NCBI GenBank assembly: GCA_946965045.2
Contig: OX337232.1
Location: 3,782,001 to 3,846,000, forward strand
DNA length: 64,000 nucleotides
DNA from: Epithemia pelagica
Lineage: Eukaryota; Protista; Bacillariophyta
Reading direction: 5' to 3'
The notes beneath the pieces were generated by a model, which made no database searches, was not told the DNA's origin, and saw nothing but the letters and a program-made list of their open reading frames with translations. Shown here in pieces: positions 9,968 through 21,274 of this stretch. Within the stretch, counting starts at the first letter, position 1; each line of letters starts with the position of its first letter. The position numbers and the translations under genes were made by a program.

Positions 9968-11746
9968 TTAATGCTCGTACCAATACGAAGCACGCCTTTC
10001 GTGGCTCTGTTCGCACCAATACGAAAAGCGATCCATGGCATACATGGCCAACTGTTTGTTCACGATATCCGATAGGTTGTATTCATCAAACCACAGGTAA
10101 TTGTCACAGTTGCAGGAATGCAAGTAATTGACGGGAAAAGTACAGTGCACCCAGTCCGCAACCGCCGACAAGTCTTCGGTACCCTCGGGATAGAGGGGTA
10201 GGTATTGGATGCCAATGGCGGCCGGAACGGCAGCGGTACAGTCGACGGTTTGACTGCGGTAACGGGCATTGCACGGCTCGTGCATGTAATCGAGCTTGTG
10301 GCTAAAGTCCTTGTCCCTGAGAATCTCATACAAGCCCTCTTCCACATCCAAATACTCCAGACCCCAATGGGACTCTCCGCACCTGTTGGCAAAGTCGTCG
10401 TAATGGCTTGTAACAATGCCATAGATTCCATCTCGAAAGCGTTTGGAAATGTAGTCAATGGACTTTTCGAATTGTTTGCCCTTGTTGATGGGTGTGTCCT
10501 TGAACGAGACCATGAGTGCCTTGATGGCCGGAAGCCGCTTCAGATCCGGCAAACCCATGAGAGCAACGTTGCAAACAGTGTCAACAGCGTACAAGGCCTC
10601 AATGTCCGCGGTGAGTGAGGAAAGTGCAATCGTAATGGTAGCTTCCATATCGCGAGTCGACTGTCGATCACGAGTCGGGTCTATCATGGTACGAATCATA
10701 TCATAGGCAAGCTTGACGGCCAAATCCCGGTCTCTGGTACCAATGCCCACCATGTGAATTCGCCCCTTCATGACCTCGGCATCCCCTCCACCAAGTGCCT
10801 CGACATACGAATTAATCTGCTCCTGGAGTTTAAAACCTGGGCCTACATTATTGGCAAAGGCAAAGGCATGGGCGCTCGTCGTTACTTGGGTTGCCATATC
10901 CAACTTGAGGCCTTCGGCAATGTAGTGAATCGAAAGTTTCGAGTCGGTCGATTGCTCCAGACACCTGACTGGACTATCCGTGCAAGGACTGGTAGTGATC
11001 GAAGTCCCCCAATCGGCAAATTCGTCTCCAAACACATAGAGCGACTCAAAGTCACAATAACAAACGGGATAACTCGGTCCATCGTATGGTCCCGGATAGG
11101 GACACTCGGTGAAGGTCGGTTTGGGCGTCGGTTGTTTCGTCGGAGCGGGTGTCGGTGCTTTCTTTGGTGCTTTTGTTGGTTTGGGCGATCCCTTTTTGCT
11201 GGTTTTCTTGTCTAGCTTGCGTTGTCGGGTCATTGTTTGAGAAATAATCACGCGGTTCTTGTCTCGGTTCGTCACGGTGGAAGCCGACGACGACGAGGAC
11301 TGTAGTGGTGTGGATCATCATCATCATTATCATGGAGGAGGCCGAAACGGAGCGACAATGTGATTATTGAGGAGGCAGAAGCGGAGAGAAGGGTCATGAG
11401 GAGGACGAGGGACAGTATTCCGCAGTAACCGGCATGAGGAAAGCACCCCCACAAGAGCACAGGGCCAGCATCATCATCATCATCGTTTGTTGTCGAAGGA
11501 AGGATTGTGAAACAATACGGGAGGAAGAAGAAACAAACATGGTGAGACGAGGCAGAGGAACAAAGAGGTTTACCTTTCATCCATGCAACAGACAACACGT
11601 ACACTTTTTTCCAACGCCCCCCGGACCACTCGACGACGAAACGATGGGTGCTGTTCCTCGTCCTGGGAGGATGCGGCCGCCAAAGCAGAAGGAGCCAGAG
11701 AGGCCAAGACGACAGCAAGGCTGGTATACCAAACGAGGAGCTTCAT
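9968..11746 (-). CDS. Secreted GDSL/SGNH-like protein with P/T/K-rich linker (2 exons; intron ~11602-11300)
   Basis: Exon 1 (11746-11603) encodes signal peptide MKLLVWYTSLAVVLASLAPSALA. A phase-0 GTACGT...CTACAG intron joins it in frame to ORF 9968..11275. Block I-like YVFGDEFADWG, block III-like MVGIGTRD, block V-like YLWFDEYNLS. Confidence 0.65.
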
Positions 11747-11983
11747 GGTGGTAATAACGGTGAATCGAAGAAAAAAGGTTCAATGTGTAGCTTGGCCACA
11801 ATGGTATCTTGATTCGGATACCTTTTGTGGAATTGTGAGCCAAAGAAGTGTGTCTTTTTCTTGATCGGCTGCTGCTGTTGCAGCATGGAAGCATCAAAGA
11901 ACAACGAGAAGCGTTGGATCAACTCTGCAACAGTCAATCTGACCGTTGAACGCCATGCCCATCACAGACAACGATTAGCTTTG

Positions 11984-12680
11984 GCCTGGGATACTCGGTA
12001 TTTTTTGTGGACCACATACAAATATAGACAAACTACCACAAACTACTATGTCGAATAGACTTCTTGTGGTATAGCTCTACTTATTAAGACCGTTATAAGA
12101 CGTTATACTACAATACCCCCAATGCGGAGTTGAGCGATGTGGATAAATGTTGTCAATTGTTGATAATTGTTGAGCGTGCCATGTTCCTAAATAGACAAAT
12201 AGAAAATTCTAAGTAGAATTGTTTTTCTGCTGCTCCCCCAAAGCCCCCCAAAAATTAGTCCCGAATGCATCGCATGCAGTCACAGTTGACTGCATAGCAC
12301 ATGGCACGAAATTTCTTCGCCATGTGCAACATGATGAGTTTGACGTGATGAATGATTATGTGTTCTTTTCTCGATTGTCGTGCATCGTGCAAGTTGACCA
12401 TGGCCGACGGTACGGTGGAAATGGCGGTTCAGACTGGTTGTTTCGACAGCCTTGTCTGGACGAATCCACAAATCCACAAATCCACAAATCCACAAATCCA
12501 CAAATCCACAAATCCACAAATCCACAAATCCACAAATCCACAAATCCACAAATCCACAAATCCACAAATCCACAAATCCACAAATCCACAAATCCACAAA
12601 TCCACAAATCCACAAACGACGCAACAACACAAACGACGCAACAATCAAACATCTTATCTCTGCTACTATGGGTTAATGTT
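11984..12680 (+). repeat. Left terminal inverted repeat (~697 bp)
   Basis: Reverse complement of 25390-26143 apart from array copy number, a few substitutions and one small indel. Similarity ends after ATGGGTTAATGTT. Confidence 0.9.
12465..12616 (+). repeat. (TCCACAAA)19 octamer array in the left TIR
   Basis: Perfect 8-bp tandem repeat, 152 bp. Confidence 0.95.
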
Positions 12681-12750
12681 GACTAAGGTAAGTAAATGAG
12701 CCGAAAGGGTGAGGACTGTCTTGATTCTTGGTTGTTGCGGTCTTTCACGC

Positions 12751-13230
12751 TCACATGGTTTGTCCCCCCACAGGGTCAGCACGTACTGCAGTCGGTGCAG
12801 CAGTCGCATTGGACTGATTCTCGACGGGTTCGAATACAACCCACTTCCAATCTGCTGCAGGACCAAGGGTATTCTGGGTCAGGATTGCGTCGTGGAGATA
12901 CAGCTGGAAGATCTGGGTCATCCTGGATGAATCGGTCACCCCACACATCGCAATTTTCTTACAAAGCTTGCGGAGAAGTGCCTCGACGTCCTTTTGCTGG
13001 TCGAGGATGGCATCTTCGAGGTTGTCGGGGGGCTCTTCGTTGTCGGGGATCTCCTTCACGTTCACTTTGCGGACCCTCGTCCACTTTTTCCGCCCATTTT
13101 CCTTCTCGATAGCGACGTACGCCATCTTTGCAGTATCCTGCTTGCTGGCTTTCCTCCAGCCCTTCATGCCAACGTAAGTGCCTCCTGTGAAGGCAATGCG
13201 GCAGCCAATCTCAAATTCTTCGTCCGCCAT
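12751..13230 (-). CDS. Transposon accessory ORF (159 aa, unknown; N-terminus KOW/SH3-like)
   Basis: Clean ATG-started, non-low-complexity ORF inside the TIRs, divergent from the transposase. Confidence 0.65.
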   Translation of the reverse strand: MADEEFEIGCRIAFTGGTYVGMKGWRKASKQDTAKMAYVAIEKENGRKKWTRVRKVNVKEIPDNEEPPDNLEDAILDQQKDVEALLRKLCKKIAMCGVTDSSRMTQIFQLYLHDAILTQNTLGPAADWKWVVFEPVENQSNATAAPTAVRADPVGGQTM

Positions 13231-13383
13231 GGTGCGTAGTATCCAACAATCAAAGAGAATGGGAAAATTGTGACCACTCGTGTTCGCGTTTACAAAAACG
13301 AGTTCGTCTACTTGTTATCGCTAAAATAAAGTAGTCAGAACACAGGCTTCATCTACTTGTACATTTCTTATAGTTATTCAAAG

Positions 13384-14283
13384 ATGCTTCTAACGCCTCA
13401 CGAAATGATGATGCAAGGATTGAACTTCCTTGGCATCCATCCTCCTCCTTGTGCACGAGAGAGCACGAAGTACAGCGACCTTTTCCATAAGCATTATGGT
13501 TCGTCTACTTTAGTTGTTGCTTCTCTATGGTTTGACCTTGCACATGCGTCGGTCAATGGCGAATGCTTGCTATTAGAGAAGGAGATGACAACGAGTGGCC
13601 TACGGCAATTCCTTATGGCTATCTACTTTCTTTGGGTCTATCCCAAGAATGCCGAACTTCTTGCCTCGGTATTCAATGTATGCGCGTCCTACTGCCAAGG
13701 TAAGAGGCTGTGGCGTTGGATTGAGAAGATACAGGCGATGAAGACGATTAAAATCACCTGGCCAGATTTCTCGGAAATTTTTTGCCTTACTGTGGATGGA
13801 GTGGACTTCAAAACGTGGGAGCCCAAGCATCCCATCCATCACCGTGACAAGGGGGCCTATTCCCCAAAGTTCAATCATGGCGGTGTGAAGTATGAACTGG
13901 GTGTTGCTGTGTTTCAACCAAAAATTGTATGGACAAATGGCCCCTTCAAAGCTGCTGTACATGACTTAACGGTATTTCGTGCAGGGCTCAAGCAGAAGAT
14001 TGGTCCAGGAAAAAAGGTAATTGCTGACCGTGGATACCGCTCAGACGACAAGCACGAGCAGTCAATGCTCTCCCTACCGTATCACGGAGACAGTGCCGAG
14101 CTCAAGAGCTTCAAGAGCCGTGCGCGCTGTCGCCATGAAAGTGTCAACGGACGGATTAAAAACTTCCGAGCGATGGAAGACACCTTTCGTCATGGCAAAG
14201 AGAAACACAAAATCGCCTTCGAGGCTGTATGCGTCATTGTGCAATACCAAATGGATAATGGCGCTGAGGTTTTCCAAGTCTAG
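13384..14283 (+). CDS. DDE transposase, PIF/Harbinger/IS5-like (DDE_Tnp_4)
   Basis: Catalytic triad in CLTVDGVDF, VIADRGY and RCRHESVNGRIK, preceded by an HTH-like segment (FLMAIYFLWVYP...LWRWI). ATG at 13384. Confidence 0.88.
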   Translation: MLLTPHEMMMQGLNFLGIHPPPCARESTKYSDLFHKHYGSSTLVVASLWFDLAHASVNGECLLLEKEMTTSGLRQFLMAIYFLWVYPKNAELLASVFNVCASYCQGKRLWRWIEKIQAMKTIKITWPDFSEIFCLTVDGVDFKTWEPKHPIHHRDKGAYSPKFNHGGVKYELGVAVFQPKIVWTNGPFKAAVHDLTVFRAGLKQKIGPGKKVIADRGYRSDDKHEQSMLSLPYHGDSAELKSFKSRARCRHESVNGRIKNFRAMEDTFRHGKEKHKIAFEAVCVIVQYQMDNGAEVFQV

Positions 14284-14490
14284 GAGAAGGAGTAGGTGCT
14301 CTACAAGATTGATAGTTCTAATACAATAGTGAAATCTTAACGACAAACTACTACCTGATTACTCACTACCAATATTCATATGCATGTTTATGCTGTGTAC
14401 AGTGGCCAAGAAACAATTGCCTCTGAGTCGCTGTCGACAACACAAAGAAGTTTTTCATGTGATGTACTCTACTGGTACTCGTACCAAGAC

Positions 14491-16170
14491 TCAAAACTTT
14501 TTCTTCCGAGTCGTCTTACCATTGCCCTGAGGAGAAAACAAATCCTTGACTCCCTGTTTGCGTTGCTTGTTCTTCGCACGCCTCGACGATCCCTTGACGA
14601 CAATGCGCCAAAAGACAATCATCCCAAGCATACCATTCGGGAGATCCTCGTCTTCGTCTTCATTCTCCGCTTGTGACTCCAACTCCACAATGCTTGCAGT
14701 CGTAGAATCCAAATCCGCCATCGTTGCTGCTGCCTCACCTCGAGCAACACTGGCAGCATGATCACCAGTTGGGCCACCCTCGAATTGCACTTCGTCGTCG
14801 TCCTCCTCCTCATGATTAATTGTGAGAGGGATCATCTCTGTTGGTACTTCATACTCCTCACCAGCAAGGACGGAGTTGTCCAGAACTATTTTCGACGGGA
14901 AAACAAGAATCCAGTAAGCCATCTCGCGCTCTTTGCTGCCCTTGACAGCGAAGTATGTCTTGTTGTGCTCCTGGATAAACGCCTTGCATCGAGGACCCAT
15001 TCTGGGGTGAGAATGGTATCGTCGCACATTCCTCAGCCAGAAGTCCCTGGAAACTCCCTTGATCAACACCTTGGGGCCAGGGATATGCGTGTACTCTTCG
15101 GGCTTGGGGATCTGTGCTTCCCAAGTGGTGTAGTCCGAGCTACCTGGCGAAATCAATCGGTGAATGTAAACGCTGTTCCAGGTGTGCTCGTTGTAAACCA
15201 TGTCGGTCACATAGAAGACCTCGAACTCCCTGTTCCTCTCGGGGTGATCCAGATCCACATAGATGACGAATGGATTCTCCTTGGTTCCCTCAAGAACTCG
15301 GGAAGAAGAATTGGTTACCTCGAGGGACGAAAAGCTTGAAGTCAAATCAGGAACACTCATCTTCTTGTTATCAACAATCAACGGTGTCCTCGTGGATGAA
15401 TCAACAATCTTCGAAGGGGGGGCTGTTTCCAATGGAACAGAATGTGTTGGAGTCGGGGTTGAGCGGCGCGCCTCAGCAAACGCAACAACTTTCTTGGTCG
15501 GTTGCTTCGAGAGAGCACGAGTAGGAGGGATTATGGCGTCGGTGATGGCGTTGAGGCCAAAGCCTTCTGCGCTGTCAACAGTGTACTCCATGTCGGAGTC
15601 GGGTGGGGTGCAGTCGCTTGCGTCTTCCCCGTTGGGTTCCTTCTTCTCTGGCTTGGTCTCGGGTTCCTTCTTCTCTGGCTTGGTCTCGGGTTCCTTCTTC
15701 TCTTCCTCGGTCGCTGACTTCTGCGACTCGCCAAGTTCTTGGTAGGTCTTATCAGAAAGTTGGACCTTCAGTTCCTTGAGGCGAGAAACGTACTGAACAA
15801 TAGGAAGCTTCTTGAAGTAGCTCCACTTGGTCTGAAATGCTCTGCGGAGCAACGAACCACTTTCCCCGTATGTATTGGGGTACCTGTCGCAGATCGAGAC
15901 AAAACGGAGGCTCTGTCGACTCTTGTTGAGCTTCTCAACGTCTCTTAAAAGCTCAAGAGTCTGAAGACCCGACAGGTGAATCCTTACTTCGTTGTTTGCT
16001 TTGGATTTTTTTTGACATTGTGAGATTTTGTCTGTTGCATGCGAGTTTCCAAGGAGAGAGTCGAGCAAGACAATGCATCTTATTTGGATAACCACTCCTG
16101 TATAGAATATGTTACTAGTTTGAATTCTTTTGCTATGTAAATGGGTTATGCTGGCGGATATTGATGGCAT
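14491..16170 (-). CDS. Transposon accessory ORF (~490-560 aa; possible Myb/SANT-like helical N-terminal domain)
   Basis: Long ORF convergent with the transposase. The listed N-terminal ~45 aa come from the inserted LTR. First non-LTR in-frame ATG is at 16170; the true start may be nearer 16018. Contains a 21-bp EPETKPEKK-encoding duplication. Confidence 0.6.
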   Translation of the reverse strand: MPSISASITHLHSKRIQTSNIFYTGVVIQIRCIVLLDSLLGNSHATDKISQCQKKSKANNEVRIHLSGLQTLELLRDVEKLNKSRQSLRFVSICDRYPNTYGESGSLLRRAFQTKWSYFKKLPIVQYVSRLKELKVQLSDKTYQELGESQKSATEEEKKEPETKPEKKEPETKPEKKEPNGEDASDCTPPDSDMEYTVDSAEGFGLNAITDAIIPPTRALSKQPTKKVVAFAEARRSTPTPTHSVPLETAPPSKIVDSSTRTPLIVDNKKMSVPDLTSSFSSLEVTNSSSRVLEGTKENPFVIYVDLDHPERNREFEVFYVTDMVYNEHTWNSVYIHRLISPGSSDYTTWEAQIPKPEEYTHIPGPKVLIKGVSRDFWLRNVRRYHSHPRMGPRCKAFIQEHNKTYFAVKGSKEREMAYWILVFPSKIVLDNSVLAGEEYEVPTEMIPLTINHEEEDDDEVQFEGGPTGDHAASVARGEAAATMADLDSTTASIVELESQAENEDEDEDLPNGMLGMIVFWRIVVKGSSRRAKNKQRKQGVKDLFSPQGNGKTTRKKKF

Positions 16171-16214
16171 TAGGTGCTGTCTGGCGACAGCAATGCTGTG
16201 ACTCGTGACCAGGT

Positions 16215-16997
16215 TGTTACAATTCTTTCTGAATCGTAGGGACATTGATGCTCGGTAGAGCAGACAATCAGGTAGGTCACCAACCGATACAAGCTTCTCA
16301 GGGTCAGAGAAGCAAGCAAGTCGAAGTCTATCAGAAGGATAGTCGGGACACAAAAGAAGATGTGATAAATGGTGATATTGTTAGATTGTGTGTTGATTAC
16401 TACGATAGGTCTACGTGAAATGTTCGGTCCTGCCAAGGGTCATGTGTCATAGGTTCTTGGCGGCAACAGGTTTGGAATAGTTGGAGTCGATTCATGTGAT
16501 GTATATGACATGTATATGTGGACGGATAACATATACAGGGTCAACAGCTCTTGCTTTGGGTTGGCATAGTTGTTTTCATGGCGCGCAGCTTGTTGACAAT
16601 TTGGAGATTGTGGGAATGGAAATATGGTCTCGCGTGATCGTGTGTCGTGCTTGGGATACTTAGACCGTTGGGTCGGATAGATGCCGACAGCGCTCGGATG
16701 TCGCTTGGGCGCGCTCGATGATTTCGGGCGCGTACGCTTAGGGCGTTAGTATAATGTCCGAGCAACGGCCAAATTTACGTCCGTTGTAATACCGCACGAC
16801 CCAGTTTAGTCTTGAGAGTGAGTTCGTCAATCTATTCTCACTTTTCATGATTTGCGAAGAAATATAGGTCGATATAGCGCGAAGCTAGGGAACATAGCTC
16901 GAAGCTAGATGGCATGATGCGATAGCACGAGGCTATGTGACATGGGGAATCGATGAGATGTAGAATCTAACCACCATAGACGGTGAGAATTCTAACA
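16215..16997 (-). repeat. 3' LTR
   Basis: TGTTACAATT...TTCTAACA. Only one mismatch to the other LTR noticed by eye (A16451 vs G24050). Confidence 0.97.
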
Positions 16998-19900
16998 CTC
17001 CCCACAACTCGTTGTTTCAGCCTTGTCATCATTGGATTTGTTGAGGTCTTGAACTTCTCCTTTCCAAAACAACAATGGCTTGAGCATGGGCCAAATAGAT
17101 ACGAAATCCCAATGTTTGCTAAGGATATCGGCAGGGTTGGTCTTTCCATCTTTCCAGTAGAATGCAACATACTTTGCTGCGATGGCTTCACAAACTCGGT
17201 GGTATGACAGAAGATGGTGTCTCTTGGATAGTATGGAATGAGGAACGGTTGCATTGAGCACAACAGATCTGTTATCTCCGTACATGTAACTTCGCTCTCG
17301 GATAGGTACTCCAAGGTAGCGGAGAGAATGTCGTAATTCTGTAATCTGATCTATTGCTGTCCTTGCAGCCACAAACTCGGATCCATAGGTAGCAGTTTCC
17401 ACCGTGCTCTGTCTCTTGCTGTACCAGTCAATAGGTGTTCCGTTCAACAAATGTAGAACAGCAGTGACGGATTTACCAGTGACTATGTCATGCATGAGAT
17501 TGGCATCAACATAATGAGTTGTGGTAACATAGCGGCCAAGAGGTGTTGGGCAGTCTTCAGGAATACGTTCACTTGCATTCGAATAGACAGTGCGAGTCCA
17601 ATCAAATTCTTGGGTAGGAAGACTTGAATAATCAGGCTCTCCAATCCTAAATCTGATTGCGCCTTCTGGGAGATGTGCAAGGTATCCATAGATACGCTTG
17701 GCTCTATCAAGATGTCCTTTCCTCGGAGCAGCACGAAAGCGTGATAGCGTCATTGTAGCGGTGAAGACGTCGAAACGACCAATAGTGATCACCCATTGGA
17801 GTTGTCCAATCAGAGTTTGGAAATGGCTAGTACCTTCTTCATCAAGGAGCTCAGAATCATCCAATTCAGGATGGTCTCCACCAATAAGAGGTGTTTTGGC
17901 TTTCTTGGGTTTCTCCTTGAAGATTCGTTCGAAAGTGTCCATCATCTTACCAATGTAGCGTCTTGGATCTGCTACTAATGTTCCATCAGAATCCTTGGTG
18001 TAACAACATCCCAAGTGGAAATCAATGGGTCCATCTCCTTTGAGTTTGAAGTTGTATTTCTCCTTCAGGATCTTGCAGATATTCCCAGGATCAGTAGAAA
18101 TAATGGCTAAGTCATCAACGTATACGGCAATGTATTCGTAACAGTCTTCTCCAGGTGCTTTCCTCATCCAGATATCCGGATCTGCTTTGCTTGGTGAAAA
18201 TCCCATGTCTGTCAAAACATCGAATAAGACATCATGCCAGCGTGCGCCTGATGACTTCAATCCATAAAGTGCCTTGTATATAATCAGGATGTGACCTTCT
18301 AATTCCTTGAATTCGGGTCCTGCGACAATGAAAATTTTCTCCCCTGTCAAAGCTTCCAGATATGCGTTTCCAATATCTGCTCCCCATATTTCCAAGTCAT
18401 TCAAAGTACCCAGGAATAAGGCAATGCGGAGGTTGCGAATGGAAACAACACCTGAATAGATTGTCTCAACGGGTTCTTTTGTGAGATGTCCATCTGCGAC
18501 AAGTCTTGCTTTATGTCGTCCATCATGTTTTACGTCAAAGACAAGATGTACACGTATCTTATGATATCCTTCAGGTGCATTGGATACTTTCCCTTTAATG
18601 AAGATGGCTTTCCCAAAATCCTTGAATGTTTTGTAGGACTGGATCTGTGACAATTCTAATTCTGTTGCATCCTGCCACTTTGTGTTGCCATGTTGTTTAT
18701 CAAGAGCGACAGCTTCCTCATAATTGCGTGGTACTTGAAAGCCAAACTTATACTTGACGGAATGGTGAACTTGTTTAATCCTTGACTGTTTGGCTGCTCG
18801 AATGAGACGTTTGCTTGTTTTGACATAACGTTTCAAATGCTTCCATCCAGGTTCGTTGAGTAAACCATGTTTCTTTCCATAAATTGCTACAGTGATCGGA
18901 TCATCATTGGCGATGAGTGATAAGGGTTCATAGGTAGTCTCCCCAGTTTCCCAATCAACAAGCAAATATATTTGCTCCCCTTGTAATCTGGATCAGTTGT
19001 GTTCAGTGGGCCTTGATGGGCAATGACGTCCCTGAACCTGAAAAGATTATCTCCAGAGGTTTGAGCTTGGTTATCTCGTTCGATATACTCCATGAGTTGA
19101 TTATAGGATATCATCTCATCAACATCAGAATTTGTCTTTCGGTAGATGTACTTGACACGTTCTTCCTGTTTCGTTGCTTCTTCATTAAGATCAATGACTC
19201 GTTTGATGACACGTGCACGGTGTCGCTCCCCATTTTCTTCTGTGTCGCATAGTAATGTGCGTCCTATCATGTCGTCAAAATCGATCGTGGGCATTGGTTT
19301 GGATGGATCTTCACTATCACTGCGAATGAAGACAGTGTCAGCTTGCTTATCATTGTCATCCTTCTCAGACGAATCCTCCCCTGAAGGTCGATCCACACGT
19401 AGGTTAGGTGTAGTGGATTCAACACGGCGAACAGCAGAACGGTAGATTATCTGGTTATCCTGGGTGAGAATCTTCCAAGTAAAAGAATCACCAACGTTGT
19501 GAGCAAAACCAACCCAGTGGCCAAGTTTCTCATCAGAAGAAGATGGATATGAACCGGAAGTGGGTTCAGCGGGGTTGACACGGTAGTAAACCTCATCCCA
19601 GAAAGGAAAGAACAAGAGATGAGTAATGTCAGGTGGGCGTCCGGAGAGAGCCTCAAGAGGAGTGCGACCGGAATGGGTGGGTGATGATGCATGGTTCAAT
19701 AAGTCACAGACATACTCAAGGCAAAGAAGCCAGGTGTTGGCAGGGCAACCAGTGGCATTCATGAGAGCGTTGGTCGTACGTTTAACGGTCTGGTAACGGT
19801 TTTCAGCCTTATTCTGGTGTTGATGATAAGGTTCAGATCGATACTCCCCAATAAGCAAAGTGCGAAGAATGTCTTTGACCTTTTGAGAGATGAGAGATGA

Positions 19901-21256
19901 ACCACCATCACTGATAAGAGTCTCCATGGCACCACGAAACCGGATGTTGTCCTGAAGAGTATTGACAAACTGTTTGGTTGACTTGATCCCATAGATATCA
20001 GTAACCAGAGTATCTCGACCAACAAAGATTTGTGCGACTTTACCGCCATGGTCAACAGCAGGGGTGTCGGAGAAAACCGAGTCAGTAGCAACGGGTTCAT
20101 GGCGTCGAGGTATATTAAGGACCGGATTGCGAGCCTTGAAATGTTTCTTGAGGGTGTCGTGGTCAAAAGTAATGCTACCATTACGTGTAGTGTGCTTGAA
20201 CGTATCGGCAATAACATCTTCAGATTGCCAACCAAAGAATGGACGGAACTTCTTCCAGTCATACGCTTCCTGGTAACGACGGTGGACAGAGGCATGAAGT
20301 GTAGGATCATTACCTTCTGCGTCAGCATAGATAGAAAAGAAGGGTGCGTCGTCAGGTCCATGATCGTATGGGGGATCCAAAAGGAGATTGAGGTTACAAA
20401 CAACACGATCAGTGTACTCCCCATAGTTGTCATATGGATGGTTCGACATACTACCATCAGTCTTGACGTGTTTCCAATCAGGATCATTGTCAGAGGGTGT
20501 GGGAGAATACGAATGGTCCAGAACACCAGGATCCCATGTGTCGGGTGACGTGAAGATGATCTGAGGTAAGGTATCCATGTCATCGTCGCTGGGGATACCC
20601 AAGGAGTGGATGTAGGCTAACCCATCCTTGATGTGAAGGGGTATAGCACGACCATCAAGTGTAGTGATGCGTTGTTTACCATCAACTTTAACAGATCGTT
20701 CATCAACAGCAAGTCCGAAATGCTCGAATTGACCAGGAGCATGGATAGATAAGCCCTTTCCATAATAAGCATATTCATTGAAGATGCCGACAATAGGTCC
20801 ATCATTGGTCTCAAACTTTGCGGCACATGTGACGACAGGAAGTCCAGTAAGTTCATGGTTATCAATACCCACAATAGTGATATGGCGGCCAGTCTTAGAA
20901 AGGATGCGCATGTCAGAACCAGCAAGTCCTCCATTAGCACCACGGTCAATCAATTGATTTCCTGGTAAAGTAGATTTCCTGGAAAACAAATAGCGTGGAA
21001 CATGTCCTGCTTGTTTATGCATGTTGGCTTTGAAAGTAACCTTCTTGCTCGTCTTGGACTTGGCGTTAGAAAGAACACTAGTCAGGTCAGTTGCCGGGTG
21101 ATTGATATCAGTCGTCATGGCTTGGTTGATAAATTGTGTAACCGGATCTGAATCATCTGGATGCTCAGGGGCTACGCCAGGTGAGTCGTCATCAGATGCA
21201 ACTTGGTTGGGGTCAGGATCAGGTTCCGGATCAATGTCGAGGGCATGTGTTTGCAC
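16992..21256 (-). CDS. pol: Copia pol (protease-integrase-RT-RNase H), split by a 1-bp frameshift near 18965
   Basis: PR LIDRGANGG. IN ATDSVFSD / LISDGG / KAENRY. RT KARLVADGH, KALYGLKSSGARW, VYVDDL. RH HYVDANL, TYGSEF, YGDNRSV, NPADILSK. Restoring one base gives KYNLLVDWETGETTYEPL. Confidence 0.93.
16998..17005 (-). other. Polypurine tract (GTGGGGAG)
   Basis: Abuts the 3' LTR on the element's sense strand. Confidence 0.8.
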
Positions 21257-21274
21257 TTTCCTCGGTGTTATTGA

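Noticed and set aside
12219-12699. ORFs encoding NPQIHKST / VDLWICGF repeats (also 24787-25908 and 25359-25847)
   Set aside because: Translation artefacts of a stop-free octamer array inside the TIRs.
16171-16353. N-terminal extension of the 620-aa ORF
   Set aside because: The first ~45 codons lie in the Copia LTR (the same peptide appears at 23767-23952), so the fusion is an insertion artefact.
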